A stretch of 63,601 nucleotides of DNA, counting the filler, from Octopus bimaculoides (lineage: Eukaryota): NCBI RefSeq assembly GCF_001194135.2. It is 6 parts of 5 records of this genome, joined end to end, with 100 filler letters (N's around TTAATTAATTAA, not from the genome) between each part and the next. Parts side by side here need not be neighbours in the genome. Positions count along the whole stretch, not along the records: positions 41,506 to 57,943 come from NC_069001.1; positions 58,044 to 61,600 come from NC_068985.1; positions 61,701 to 63,601 come from NW_026295304.1; 3 more parts are not named here. The stretch is one strand, 5' to 3'. This document shows, piece by piece, positions 50,315-63,601 of the stretch. The notes beneath the pieces are model-generated. The model saw only the letters and a list, made by a program, of their open reading frames with translations, made no database searches and had not been told where the DNA came from. Numbering within the stretch: the first letter of the stretch is position 1; the number at the start of each line of letters is the position of its first letter. Made by a program: the position numbers and the translations under genes.

Positions 50315-51714
50315 TAGAGAGATAGATAGATAAGATTTTGCAAGATATGCTATTTTATATATTATCTGAATGATCATAACATGACATTTAGTGGTCGAAA
50401 CTTATTTAGAAGTGCTATGCCGTCAATATCAGGTTGATAACGTACACTATAAGAAATATCAATTGTATCTAAGTATCAAGAATAACAAGAACATCTAAAG
50501 GACGATTTGGAAACTGTTGTAAATTGAACAGTTGAAAAATAAAAAAAAACAAGGAAAGACTTATTGAAGTTAGATGAATTAAAATGCGGAGGTTTAGAAT
50601 GTAAGGGTGAGGCATATATGCTGAAATTATAGCCAGTTCTTGGTACACGACATCTTTGAAAGTTGTTTAAAGGAAACATAAAGAAAGAGACTATTTTTTT
50701 CATATTATAGAACTAATTGAACGTGGAAGAACATTCTTTCAATGGGTTAAAATGATGTTGTATGAGGACTGTACACAGGAAATATATATATATCAATACA
50801 TAGTGACACACGCGCACACACACAAACACACACACACACACACACACACAGTCAAACTTATACAATATGCATGAGCACTGCGCATTTATATGCAATGTAT
50901 ACCTATGAATAAATATATGAATACATATTTATATATACACATATACATATATATGTATCTATGATGTATACATACATACATATATATATTCATATCTTTT
51001 GATAATACATGTGTAAACACATATGTATATAAATGTCCAATTCTTTTGATAAGTATGTATACATATTCTTATCATTTATATATATATATGTATGTATGCA
51101 TGGAGGTAGATATGTATGCATATATATATGTATATATGCATGTGTGAATATATGAATGTATAATACTTCAAAGCCATATGATCTTTATAAACAACATAAT
51201 TATATATGAGATAGGAATATACATATGTCTAAAACATCACACCAATTATCCACATCAAAATTGTAATGTTGGTGAGAGACTTCTGATATCAATATTTTTA
51301 CAACTTTTGGCGAAAATAAAAATCAATTGATGCTGTAATTCACACACAATGAAAAGTTATCAAGACAAACATCAATAGACACAGTCACAGGAAAAAAGAT
51401 GAAAAGTACATCACACACACACACACACACATATATATATAAATATAAATGTATATATATGCGCACATACGTATGTATGCATATGAATATATATATATAT
51501 ATAATGTATATGTATTAAAGCATATTTATGTTTGTATGTATGTAATGTATCAAGATAACAGAATAGTAACTGTAATAACTAAAGGTGTCAGCAAGGAATG
51601 ACGTCACAGGAGGTATATATATATTGGATTATGAGTAGTAGCATTAAAGCCAAAGATGGAAGTTCAAAAATTAAAATAATATAACTGTTATGTAAATTAT
51701 ATTGTTGTTGGTAA

Positions 51715-51910
51715 TAATCCGTTCTACTAAAAGCACAAGACCTGAAAGTTTCGGGGAGGTAATTAGCCGATCTCATTAGCAGCAATTTATCGATTCCGAA
51801 AGGATGTAAGGTAAAGATGATCTGGGCGGAATTTGAACTCAGTACGCCAAAACGGACGAAATGCTGCCAAGAATTTGGCCGGCGTGCTAAAGATTCGGCC
51901 ATCTCACTGC
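51715..51910 (-). mobile_element. SINE family B copy
   Basis: AATTTATCGATTCCGAAAGGATGTAAGGTAAAG...GGCGGAATTTGAACTCAG...GACGAAATGC...CCGGCGTGCTAA parallels 15770-15880. Confidence 0.8.
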
Positions 51911-52624
51911 TCTCATTTGCTGGAATAGTAGTACGCATATGATTACTTGAAGATTGGTTGATTGGTAAACTTGAGACTTCAAAACATTATTTTAGGAATA
52001 ATCAATGTAATGATACACTTGCATTGCCCAAATATATACAGGATCGACTTTTAATATATACAGGATCAATATTTTATATATATTTTGCCTATTTGGTTAC
52101 GTTTGCTGGCCGTTTAATTTTTTTTAAAGATAGAGATAACTTATGTGAATGTTGAAACATGTGTGCATATATAAAAGAAGGATGTGAGTAATTATGTACC
52201 TGTAGATTGGAATTAGGTACACAGATTATAAATAATTTACCTGCATATATATATCTATATCAGTGTATATATTCATATACATATGTACACATGGATACAT
52301 TAAGAGGTAGCTAGATATATAGAGACAGTGTGATACATAGAAAGAAGGAGAGAGATGCGATTTCAGCAAATATTTTTTACATGAACGTTATAATATATAT
52401 TACTGAGACAAATACAGGATTAAATATGTGACAAATTTAGGAAATATATATATATATATATGAGATTAGCATGTATATAGATAAATGCATAGACATTCAG
52501 ACGTATATCTAGGTAGAGGAATTGATGTATTTTATATATTTGTAGACCTGTCTCTCTAACTGCCCATGTCAGCAATGTCATGGAATACACAACCGAGAAT
52601 AAACTGATTGTTTTCCTTCAAGAT

Positions 52625-53650
52625 ATTGATTTGCTTCCTGATATCCATCATGACTTCTGTTCAGGAAGAAGCCTTACACAGCCTTTGCCACATTATGATT
52701 TTTTTTTTTAATTAAGAAATTACTCGTGGATTTAACATATCTCGATTTTTCAAGGGCCTTTGATAAGTTTTGTCATGGAGTGGTATGTCACAAGCTAAGG
52801 AAACTTGGCATAGCCCGGGAACATAGAGAGTTGTTGCGTCACTTCTTAACATATAGAAGCCAGGCTATGCTATCCAATGGAGCCTTTCCATGGAGACAGT
52901 AATACAGAGTAAACTGTATTAGAGCCGCCTGTGTTCGTGGTGGCTATTTCAGACATGCCGTTACACAGACAGCAAAAGTTGCGGCAACAATGTTATTTCG
53001 ACCTAAAGGAATGGCAACACCAGACTGACATACGTCGCTTGATCTTGCAATTGATATGACCAACGATGCCAAGTTTCGCATGCGTATCACCAAGATGTTG
53101 GCAGTGTGCAGGCAAATTGGCGGGATGGATTCTCAGAACTTTCAGAACAAGGGACCAGGAAACTACGCTGGTTCTATGGAAGATATTTTTACTAAGCCGT
53201 CTACACTATTGCTCTCAACTGTGGTCACCCTACAGGGTCAGCTTAGCAGGGGAACTTGAGTCAGTTCGGCGATGTTAAACTAAGAATATTGTTCCAATGG
53301 AATAGCTCAGCTACAAGGAGACACTGAAAGAGCGACAGCTCCTTGGAGCAAAGATTATACAGTGATAAATATTTATGGAAGATATTGGTGGAGCTGGCTC
53401 AAGCCTTTGAATCGAGAAATATACAAGACAACGAACTGAATGACACTGGACAGTGGACCATGTACAGAAGTAGCTATGGATAAAAGGTCCCTGAGTTATT
53501 CCATGCCTTTTAAAAATATCTGAGAGTTCTTCATTGAGTAGGGTTAGGTGTTTTCAAGAATCAAATGAATCTCCGACTATTCTAAGTCCCAAATGAACCA
53601 ATATTAAGGTTAAAAAAATGCAGCAGTATCAAGCTCTTTCGTTCATCGAA
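52625..53650 (+). pseudogene. Decayed, internally deleted CR1-group LINE ORF2 fragment
   Basis: Broken translation gives LLPDIHHDFCSGRS, YLDFSRAFDK..HGVVCHKLRKLGI and AGWILRTFRTRDQETTLVLWKIFLLSRLHYCSQLWSP (ORF 53066-53278). These are typical CR1-type RT and post-RT motifs. Confidence 0.8.
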
Positions 53651-53755
53651 AGTTAGTCACATAGGATTGGGAATTAAATGGCTGATTACAATGGCGGTTT
53701 TCCAGGTTGGCCAGATCCTTAAAGCGGAAACATGTAAGAACATAAAAGAATGAAA

Positions 53756-53790
<35 letters not shown>

Positions 53791-54260
53791 NNNNNNNNNN
53801 NNNNNNNNNNNNNNNNNNNNNNNNNNNNNNNNNNNNNNNNNNNNNNNNNNNNNNNNNNNNNNNNNNNNNNNNNNNNNNNNNNNNNNNNNNNNNNNNNNNN
53901 NNNNNNNNNNNNNNNNNNNNNNNNNNNNNNNNNNNNNNNNNNNNNNNNNNNNNNNNNNNNNNNNNNNNNNNNNNNNNNNNNNNNNNNNNNNNNNNNNNNN
54001 NNNNNNNNNNNNNNNNNNNNNNNNNNNNNNNNNNNNNNNNNNNNNNNNNNNNNNNNNNNNNNNNNNNNNNNNNNNNNNNNNNNNNNNNNNNNNNNNNNNN
54101 NNNNNNNNNNNNNNNNNNNNNNNNNNNNNNNNNNNNNNNNNNNNNNNNNNNNNNNNNNNNNNNNNNNNNNNNNNNNNNNNNNNNNNNNNNNNNNNNNNNN
54201 NNNNNNNNNNNNNNNNNNNNNNNNNNNNNNNNNNNNNNNNNNNNNNNNNNNNNNNNNNNN

Positions 54261-54294
<34 letters not shown>

Positions 54295-57200
54295 GTGTGT
54301 GTGAATATATTTATTTACCTATGAATGTATGTATGTATGTATGCATTCATGTAAATATACATGTATGTAAAAATGTATGTATGTATGTATGTATGCATAT
54401 CATTGATAACCAATCTGGTGTCAAATAAAATGTGTTGAAATATGTGAATAAGTGAAGAAATTATTTCTATTAACGAAGTAACATTTCACAGCTTGACACA
54501 TCCCGCATACAGTCACAATACCAACGCAAGATACCTCTTACATTAATGTCTATCTTATTGCAAGCGTGTTCATAAATAAATTGTACAAACTTTAAAAAAT
54601 ATATATATATCGATATATTCTATATACTACACATTTATATGTTCATAAAGATATACGACTAGATATCAGCTTACGAATCAATATAATTTATATTTATTGT
54701 AATTCTCTATACGATTATTTCCTCAGATAATATATCAATGTAATATACAAATATTAACATAAATCTCCGTTCATTAACGAATTTGTCTGAATAACATTCT
54801 GACTGTTTGTTTAGGTATGGGTTGTTTTGGTTCCGGTAGATATTTTATATTTGATAATTAATAAACTTATAACACTCGTTCACATACAAGCACATATACA
54901 CACAAACACACACAGATAGACACACACAAACAGACACAGATAGAGACACATGCCACCAAACACACTCGCACGTTCACCGTCAAACAGTAAAACATACGTT
55001 TTTATATACATATATACGTACCAATTTACGTGTGTGTATGTGTGCGTGTTTTATGTATTTTTCGGCAAATAATTTACTGTAGATACATATATGTATCTAT
55101 CCTTACGTACATATATAGGCACATAAATATATTGCATGCATATACGTATTATGTTCCTCTACGTATGTTAACATGCGTGTTTCTCGATGTTTTATGTTGG
55201 TGTGTAGGTGTGTGTGCGCGTGTGTATGTGTTTCTATGTGTGGAACGTAAATCAGAAATATATTTGCAGCGTAAAACTAATAGTTATACTGAAATTAATG
55301 CAGAAAACTATTGTTACAATAATTTTTTTGCGAAACATAGCCTGAATTTTCAAATTAATTTTGGTAATAAAGAACAATTTAGGAATACAATATTACGCAT
55401 ACTGAATTTGTGTTTAGCACAAACACTTAAAATAATATATTGACTAATAATTTTAAGTTTTTTAAATTTTTTTATTATTTTCACATGACATTAAAATATG
55501 AATGACGTATACGTGTTTCGAATGGGAAAAAAGTCTTCCGAAAGTAGTTCTCACGAGGCTATAGCATAGCGTATATTTTCCTATTAAAATACGTTCGAAC
55601 TTATATACCATTACAGTATGACGGAAGCAAAGCTATCGTTTACCTCTCGTCATTACCGAAAGCTACAGATTCAGTTTAATTAATGTAAACTTCATCTTCA
55701 ACTATGCTTGCCTATAAGGTAATTCATAATAATATGAAAGATTGTAAGAGCATGTATACTTAGTTTCGGCATCTGTTGTATTTTTATTATATTATTCTTT
55801 CGCTTATTGGAATGAAAACATATAGAAGACATTGACCAAGTGGATTTTGAATGAAATTATCGAATGAAACACTAATTTTGAGCTATTTGAGAGCAAATAT
55901 AATCCCCTGTACATACATAACCCATTATTCTGCACAATAGGTGCGAGTCCGCATGTTTGTGCGTCCGTGTGTGTTTCTGTATGTATTTATATGAAAACGC
56001 AGATACAATTGGCCATAGAGGAGGAGATAAATTTTCTTTATATATAGAGGACATTGAAGCGCTCATGACATTTGAGAGAAGAGATAGCTGCATAAGGTTC
56101 ACGATGCTAAAGTCTGAAAGAACAGCTGAAAAGTCGCTAAACCAGCATTAATTCTGCACGATAGAAAAAGCAGTAAATGAGATCTTGGGTGGGTAAAGGC
56201 AGGATGTTACAGCAGCTCATTACCAAGTTTCCATAAACAAGCATGGTGGTGGTGGTGTTTCTGGTGTTAAGAGTAAGGAGAGGGAGAGGGGGTTACAGTT
56301 GTTTCCTGTTGAAGTTGCCTTGCCACTCCTATACCACTTAATTACCACTCAACATCAACAAATACTTACAAGGAACAAAAGGAACAGTTGAGATGGGGGG
56401 GGGGAGAAAGGGTCAGTGAGAATGAGTAAAGAGCAGAATTGTGGGAGATTTATTGGTTCCCCAGATTAAATGTTCCTAATTCACCCTTAAAAAGAATTCT
56501 GCTCAGTTTAACAAGTTCAACATTTACTGCTTATCTCTTAATTTACTAATAGAAAAGATAATTAACCAGAAATCCACTAGAATATTTGTTGGTAAAAGTG
56601 AAAAAAGAACCTAGATGTGACCCCGTTCTATAGCCCAAATATGAAGAGGGGAGCCAATAAACCTTCCACAAGACAAGTGTTGATTAGTCGAGTGTCAAAA
56701 GATTGAGGGAAAATGCCTACAAAAGCATCATGATAAAGTGTCACCTTCATCAAGAGCAGCCATCAAGAGGAGGGGAAGGGNNNNNNNNNNNNNNNNNNNN
56801 NNNNNNNNNNNNNNNNNNNNNNNNNNNNNNNNNNNNNNNNNNNNNNNNNNNNNNNNNNNNNNNNNNNNNNNNNNNNNNNNNNNNNNNNNNNNNNNNNNNN
56901 NNNNNNNNNNNNNNNNNNNNNNNNNNNNNNNNNNNNNNNNNNNNNNNNNNNNNNNNNNNNNNNNNNNNNNNNNNNNNNNNNNNNNNNNNNNNNNNNNNNN
57001 NNNNNNNNNNNNNNNNNNNNNNNNNNNNNNNNNNNNNNNNNNNNNNNNNNNNCTTACAAGGTAAAAGAAATAGTTTAGCCTCTGTGTCAACCTCTGCTCT
57101 AAGCCAACCTCCCACATAAGCCAGAAAAATCTTTCTAAATTAATGATGTGAGATATAGGCAGTTGGTAAATATTAACATTAATCACATCGAGATTATAGT

Positions 57201-57709
57201 AAGGCATGCATGGGTGCCACTGGTTCATAAATAGAGTGCCATGAAGACGTAATTAAATATAGTTACTGTGTTCAAACCCAGCCAATGTTAGCTGTAGATT
57301 AAGAAACTTCAGCAGAGGAGAGCATTAGCAGACAGGCACCATGGCATGGATTGAAATGCTACCAATATTCTGATGTTTATAGTTGATGCAGTGGAGTTTG
57401 AATTCATGAACAAGAGAAAAATAATGATGAGAAACAGAAGACTGGTTACCTATAAGCATATCATAAAATATATTGCATTATAAAAATTGTGCACATAATC
57501 ATACAATGTCCGAAAAATTATAAAAGTCTAAAACCATCGCTGGAACACTCATAATGCACGTTCCCAATTTGGTGAAAATCAATTACAAAATACGACCGTT
57601 ATAAACTTTTACACACACAAACACACACACCTACACAGAACGGGATTTATATTATAGACACACCCACAAATACATGGTTCTTACAACTCTCTCCCCCTCT
57701 CTCTCTCTG

Positions 57710-57744
<35 letters not shown>

Positions 57745-57760
57745 CTATCTCTCTCTCTCC

Positions 57761-57792
<32 letters not shown>

Positions 57793-58159
57793 GCATGTAT
57801 GTACACTTACACACAAACATAGATAGATAAAGAGGAAGATGATAGAAACATTCGATCCTAGTTAGATACAACAGTACATGCCTTGCTACATCTAGGAAGA
57901 AAGAGAAAGGGAACAATTTATATATATATATATATATATATATNNNNNNNNNNNNNNNNNNNNNNNNNNNNNNNNNNNNNNNNNNNNTTAATTAATTAAN
58001 NNNNNNNNNNNNNNNNNNNNNNNNNNNNNNNNNNNNNNNNNNNTATATATATATATATATTCATTTTACTGATCTGTGATAGAAAACTCAACAAACAAAG
58101 TACTCCATCTGGTGTGAGACAGATATTATTTATTTAAAGGTCACAATACATGTATTAAA

Positions 58160-58212
58160 GCGCTACTATTAGTTTCATATGTTGAAAGAACTCAAACACA
58201 TTCTTCAGGTGC
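58160..58212 (-). ncRNA. Candidate minimal type-I hammerhead ribozyme in the PLE 3' terminal region
   Basis: The minus strand reads GCAC-CTGAAGA (58208-58202)-ATGTGTTTGAG-TTC-TTTCAACATAT-GAAA (58176-73)-CTA-A-TAG-TA-GCGC. Cleavage is predicted between 58164 and 58163. Stem I pairs 3 of 4. Confidence 0.6.
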
Positions 58213-58359
58213 AAAACACATATCGTAAAGAACTAAAGAAATTGAATAATAGAAGAAACGTGAAAAAACTGAGATGGCAGGATATAGAAAACGTAGACAG
58301 TAAACAATGGAAAACTGTTAAAACGAGAACCGGAAAATAGAAACTAAAATGTCAAAAAT

Positions 58360-58985
58360 AAAATGTGATTGACATAGCGATTTTTAAATTCTCCTTCACA
58401 TAAACCAGTATAGGTTTTCTCGTCAGTTTTATTATTATTTTTTAGCGTTGCAGTAACAGTGACTTATGCCTCATATATGATAGATTTAATCGTACATTGT
58501 TGGTCAAGTGGACCGGATCCTGGGTCACGACAGCTGCAGCTGAATTCAGGTTCTTGGTGTTAACCAAGTGTAATGGTACTCTTCATATTGGTGCAGCACC
58601 TATATGATAATTTCACAGACCACCTATTAAATATCTTCCTATATCTGTGAATGGCTGGAAAGTGTTTGTCGAGGAGTGACAGGAATCTTTTGCCAATGTT
58701 AGTTCTTATAATAAGAGAAAATAGAGGGTCGAACCAAATAATTTTCCTTCGCCTAGTTTTAGGTTTCTTATTATCCTGATTGATACTAAAGTGGTTATGT
58801 ACTACTTTTTCTTTGATGCCACTAGATCTATTATTAATATTTTCTTTATTATATTAGAGGGTTTATGTATTATCTTTGAAGCCAATATTGGCTAGGGCCT
58901 TGATATAACAGGGAGCAGGTTTCTCGACAAATTTCTTTGGAAGAACAGAGGTTAGATACGCTGATACTAATATTAGCTATCAGAT
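58360..58985 (-). pseudogene. Penelope-like element fragment: post-RT linker and N-terminal half of the GIY-YIG endonuclease
   Basis: The minus strand gives KPAPCYIKALANIGF, RRRKIIWFDPLFS..RTNIGKRFLSLLDKHFP..HRYRKIFNR.SVKLSY.CCTNMK, CSCRDP..GPLDQQC..KSIIYEA and KTYTGLCEGEFKNRYVNH. These are characteristic PLE motifs, with a few stops and frameshifts. Confidence 0.88.
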
Positions 58986-59436
58986 TTTTAAATACTTCAG
59001 GAGAGTGACAAAACTGTTTTAGTATAACGCTCGTTTGTATAGCACGAAACTGCCACAGAGAGATGACGCATGAAAACGCAGTTTAGTACAACTTGTGTTA
59101 GTCTTTTGAAAAGTTTCGGTTAATGCTTCTGTAATCAGTTCCGACTTTTATAAACGTTATCAGTGAAGGCATACGTTTACATAACGCTAAGTAGTATCGC
59201 ACCTCATTCAATGACTCTAGTATGACGAGAACGTCATCATTGAAAGTTATTTGCAAAGTCGGAAGAATAGGAACAAAAAGTGACAGTCGAATATGGACCC
59301 TGCGATCATTCAGAAGGCCAAATTGTGTACAGTTTTCAAAGCCGTCCGTTTTCTTCGATTATTAATTCTATTCAGTCTGTCAATTTTATCACACAATATT
59401 CCATCGACTAAAAAAAATGTTCTGCCTAATGAAGAA

Positions 59437-59490
<54 letters not shown>

Positions 59491-59556
59491 GCCACTGCTG
59501 CTGCCGCTGCTACCGCCGCTGCTACCGCCGCTGCTACCGCCGCTGCTACCGCCGCT
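59437..59556. repeat. (ACT)n microsatellite grading into a 12-bp (GCCGCTGCTACC)n array
   Basis: Directly visible. Confidence 0.95.
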
Positions 59557-61700
59557 CCTGCTAGTTCTAGTTAGCCGTGGATTTTCGTGTTATTTGTTTT
59601 GTCAAATTTATGAATGTTTTCCTTCCGTTTATTTTTGTTTTTGTGGTTATTTTGATTAAAACTAGTCTTGTGCTGGTTCTAATTTTTCTTTTTTATAAAT
59701 AATGTGACTTTCATACCAGCAAAAACTTTTATTTATTTATTTTTTTTACTTTTGTATTCATGAATTATTATTTTCTTTACTCTTTTCTTTTTGCTTTCTA
59801 TAAAACCATTTCAAATTCATATCAGAATCGTACGAAGACTGTTCAATTCTATGATAATCTTTGATGATTAATTCAATCCTCCTCTAGTTGTTATTTCTTC
59901 CACGCAATTAATTCCTTGGAATTCTGAATGGGACAATTGTAGCCAACATCTAAAAAAAAAATATATATCATCCTTGAAACTATTACCGCCATTCATACGC
60001 CAAGAGTTTTCAGTTGCGTAACTTCTGTGTGCGCTAACTTGAGCTACCAACTTTTAATAATTTTATCAATAATCAGTGGGACGCTTTTATGAATTTAGAA
60101 GACAATATTTCGCATGAAAATTGCCATGCTGTTTAGAAATTAGATGTGAATCTATCCCTATTTTGTACTTGGTGTATCCTAGTTAACGTGTGGCTAGATA
60201 GACTTAATATATTTTTCTCTCTCTGTCTCAATTTGTATGTTTATGTCCCATGCTTACCACCGGAGCGATAATGGATCTCCAAGTCAAAGTTTCAGATTTC
60301 ATGATATTTTTCGGAAGGATGTAACAATGGTTTCACTTTGACTTCTCGTGTTTTATGGAGAATTTACTCTACTAGTCTCCTGCTCTTCTGATATCACATT
60401 TCAGAGAGAAGAAATTTAACCTTTAGGTGCAGAGACTTGTTCATGTGAACCAGAACGCTTCCAAAAAGCTATGAGCTTATGTAACACATCGCTTGGGACC
60501 AAGTCTATCCTGAGCCCTGTGTGCGTTAACTAGAAGACGAGCAGCTATTTAGTCCGTATCTGGGCCCTTGGCATGTACTAGCTATGCGCACAAAAATACG
60601 GTAGCTAGTAGTGGTGAAAAACTGGTAAGCCCGAACATTGAAAATCTCCTAAACTCCTGATGAAACCCATCAACATTGTATCCAAGGACAAGACACGAAG
60701 TATGAAAAAACAAGAAGTATAACTTTGCTGTACTTTTACGACCTTCAAAAAGCTGTCTTAACTTTATTGAGAGGAAGTGGAAAAATTTAGTGATCGTAGC
60801 GATGGTAGAAGTCGTGACTAAATTTCACATAAATCAAAATTTACTGGCTTAAAAGGGAAAAACCCATTGGAGTATGGGATTATTGCTCGAATATTGGATG
60901 AACACTTGTCTTCATGATCCTATGCAGTACGAAGTTTCAAATAACAACATCATACTATCACTTATACACGTACGTTAAAAGATTATATATTAGAATAATG
61001 AAAATTGTTCCTTAACGTTCTTATCACACAGACGTAGTTGTGTATATTATATATGATTCTGTCTGGTGAGAGTTAAAGCTCGTTTTCAACGTCCAATGTT
61101 AGCTACTCATAAAAACTTTAAAAGAATAATTTAAGAGAGAGAACAGACTAATCCTATCGATTCCACAATACCAATAATACACTTGTGTCGCTAACCTGGG
61201 ACTGATGATACAAGGAATAACAAGCGGACAAGGAAGAAAGGGTCGTTAGTATAAATTATTGACGTTATTTTGGCACAAATTTAAAATCACAAATAACAAA
61301 TGTTTATGGAAAACTGACTGCCCTTCAAGAGATCACAGGCATATATATATATATATATATTAGGAAGTCCTTAGGGGAAGCAAGTCAAAATTGGAGACTG
61401 ATGAACGTTGTTAAGCTGTAACCTCTGCATGTCATGAACTTATAAATCACATGCATTTCTACACTTGAGAACAAATACATATGCACACACACATATACAT
61501 TCATACACACACACCTATACATACAAAAACACACACATATATATACATGTATGTGCACACACATATCTTTCTGTATTGCATATATATATATATATATATA
61601 NNNNNNNNNNNNNNNNNNNNNNNNNNNNNNNNNNNNNNNNNNNNTTAATTAATTAANNNNNNNNNNNNNNNNNNNNNNNNNNNNNNNNNNNNNNNNNNNN

Positions 61701-61742
<42 letters not shown>

Positions 61743-63293
61743 GAGAGTGATGAGAGAGATAGTAGGAGTTAAGAAGCGGGATAGAGAGAGGAGCAGAGAG
61801 GGTAGATGGGGTAGAGCGTGCGAGAAAGAGAGTGGATAAGTTGTAAGATGATTGAGATATAAATATGACAGTTATCAGTTTATCTTCATCGTTGATTTCC
61901 TAGCGTCCCGCCCGCCATTGAAGTTATGATAGACGAGTTAATCACACCGAAACTACTTCACCTTACATCCCACCCAACATGTTAGCCTTTTATTCCCACC
62001 CGCTTCTCGTTTTGTTCATTTACTTTCACTTTCACTCTCGCCATTTAATTCATTCTCTCACTATCTCTTTCGCACACATACACTCACACACACACACACA
62101 CACACACATACACGCACTTTTGATGTGGAGAAAGAATTTATGTAAATAACTCGTATTTTATNNNNNNNNNNNNNNNNNNNNNNNNNNNNNNNNNNNNNNN
62201 NNNNNNNNNNNNNNNNNNNNNNNNNNNNNNNNNNNNNNNNNNNNNNNNNNNNNNNNNNNNNNNNNNNNNNNNNNNNNNNNNNNNNNNNNNNNNNNNNNNN
62301 NNNNNNNNNNNNNNNNNNNNNNNNNNNNNNNNNNNNNNNNNNNNNNNNNNNNNNNNNNNNNNNNNNNNNNNNNNNNNNNNNNNNNNNNNNNNNNNNNNNN
62401 NNNNNNNNNNNNNNNNNNNNNNNNNNNNNNNNNNNNNNNNNNNNNNNNNNNNNNNNNNNNNNNNNNNNNNNNNNNNNNNNNNNNNNNNNNNNNNNNNNNN
62501 NNNNNNNNNNNNNNNNNNNNNNNNNNNNNNNNNNNNNNNNNNNNNNNNNNNNNNNNNNNNNNNNNNNNNNNNNNNNNNNNNNNNNNNNNNNNNNNNNNNN
62601 NNNNNNNNNNNNNNNNNNNNNNNNNNNNNNNNNNNNNNNNNNNNNNNNNNNNNNNNNNNNNNNNNNNNNNNNNNNNNNNNNNNNNNNNNNNNNNNNNNNN
62701 NNNNNNNNNNNNNNNNNNNNNNNNNNNNNNNNNNNNNNNNNNNNNNNNNNNNNNNNNNNNNNNNNNNNNNNNNNNNNNNNNNNNNNNNNNNNNNNNNNNN
62801 NNNNNNNNNNNNNNNNNNNNNNNNNNNNNNNNNNNNNNNNNNNNNNNNNNNNNNNNNNNNNNNNNNNNNNNNNNNNNNNNNNNNNNNNNNNNNNNNNNNN
62901 NNNNNNNNNNNNNNNNNNNNNNNNNNNNNNNNNNNNNNNNNNNNNNNNNNNNNNNNNNNNNNNNNNNNNNNNNNNNNNNNNNNNNNNNNNNNNNNNNNNN
63001 NNNNNNNNNNNNNNNNNNTAGTGGACCCCCTAAAATGAAAAAAAGGGAGCATGTTTAGGATTACCTTATCCAATGCATCTTCATTTTTTTCAAGAAGAAA
63101 GTGTTATTTGAGGGAAACCTTTCGTAAATTCTAGCAGGATGATCGATCGCGTAGAGACTCCCTCACAGAGAAAATTCCAGAAAGTATAACTTAAGCAATC
63201 AGAGTCAGAGACAAAGATTAAAGCATGAACAAGGCTGAATGAATATTTCGAGATGTGGTCGAGTGGGGTGGATGAGAATTGCTTAATGTTGTT

Positions 63294-63537
63294 CAGTAGT
63301 TCCCAAACTTTTTCAGGCTGCCGCCTCCTTGGCACCCAGGCTACATACCTTGAACCCCCCCATCTCACCATCTCCACCACAAATATAGACCACTCTCTGC
63401 AACAAATTCAAAACAATTATATTTCACATATAAAACTTAAACCTAATTAACCTATTAATATTTTTTTTTACATCTATCACCCCCGGATCTTTTCATCGCC
63501 CTCTAGGGGGCAGTACGGGTCACTTTGAGAACTATTG
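63294..63537. mobile_element. hAT (Charlie/MER5-like) MITE
   Basis: The left end CAGTAGTTCCCAAACT and the reverse complement of the right end, CAATAGTTCTCAAAGT, match 13/16. No TSD is recognisable. Confidence 0.55.
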
Positions 63538-63601
63538 GTTTACAACACAATATGTAATAGCAGTGATACAAGACGCAGAGAGAGAGAGAGAGTGTGTGTG
63601 T

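Noticed and set aside
59293-59574. 93-aa ORF with poly-Thr/Ala tract suggesting a mucin-like protein
   Set aside because: Its length derives from the (ACT)n and 12-bp repeats, and the unique part has no recognisable features.
260-63073. The many ORF-track entries rich in HT/CV/YI/poly-L or X runs
   Set aside because: They are translations of (CA)n, (TA)n, (TATG)n and (CTT)n microsatellites or run through N gaps. There is no evidence of real proteins.

Overview
Eukaryotic, AT-rich, microsatellite-dense draft-assembly window with many N gaps. The SINE families and repeat landscape look like Octopus (inference from recalled SINE sequences, not a database match). I find no supportable host protein-coding, rRNA or true tRNA gene; almost every ORF in the supplied track is a translated microsatellite or runs through a gap. 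The window is a transposon graveyard. It contains a full-length but inactivated Tc1-type element with DD36E spacing (12006-13268), a decayed mariner, two hAT-like MITEs, three Penelope-like (PLE) fragments, three LINE fragments, many tRNA-derived SINEs of at least three families and several foldback elements. Two signals stand out. (1) Minimal type-I hammerhead-ribozyme folds occur at four loci: an inverted pair at 37.8 kb, single copies at 39.1 kb and 58.2 kb (the last directly downstream of a PLE endonuclease), and a decayed one at 20.7 kb. All have a GUA triplet and a very short stem III typical of dimer-forming hammerheads. (2) A ~750-bp TIR-bounded element (16001-16753) carries only a SAP-domain plus truncated SWIM-like ORF. 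All motif calls were made by eye and need computational confirmation.
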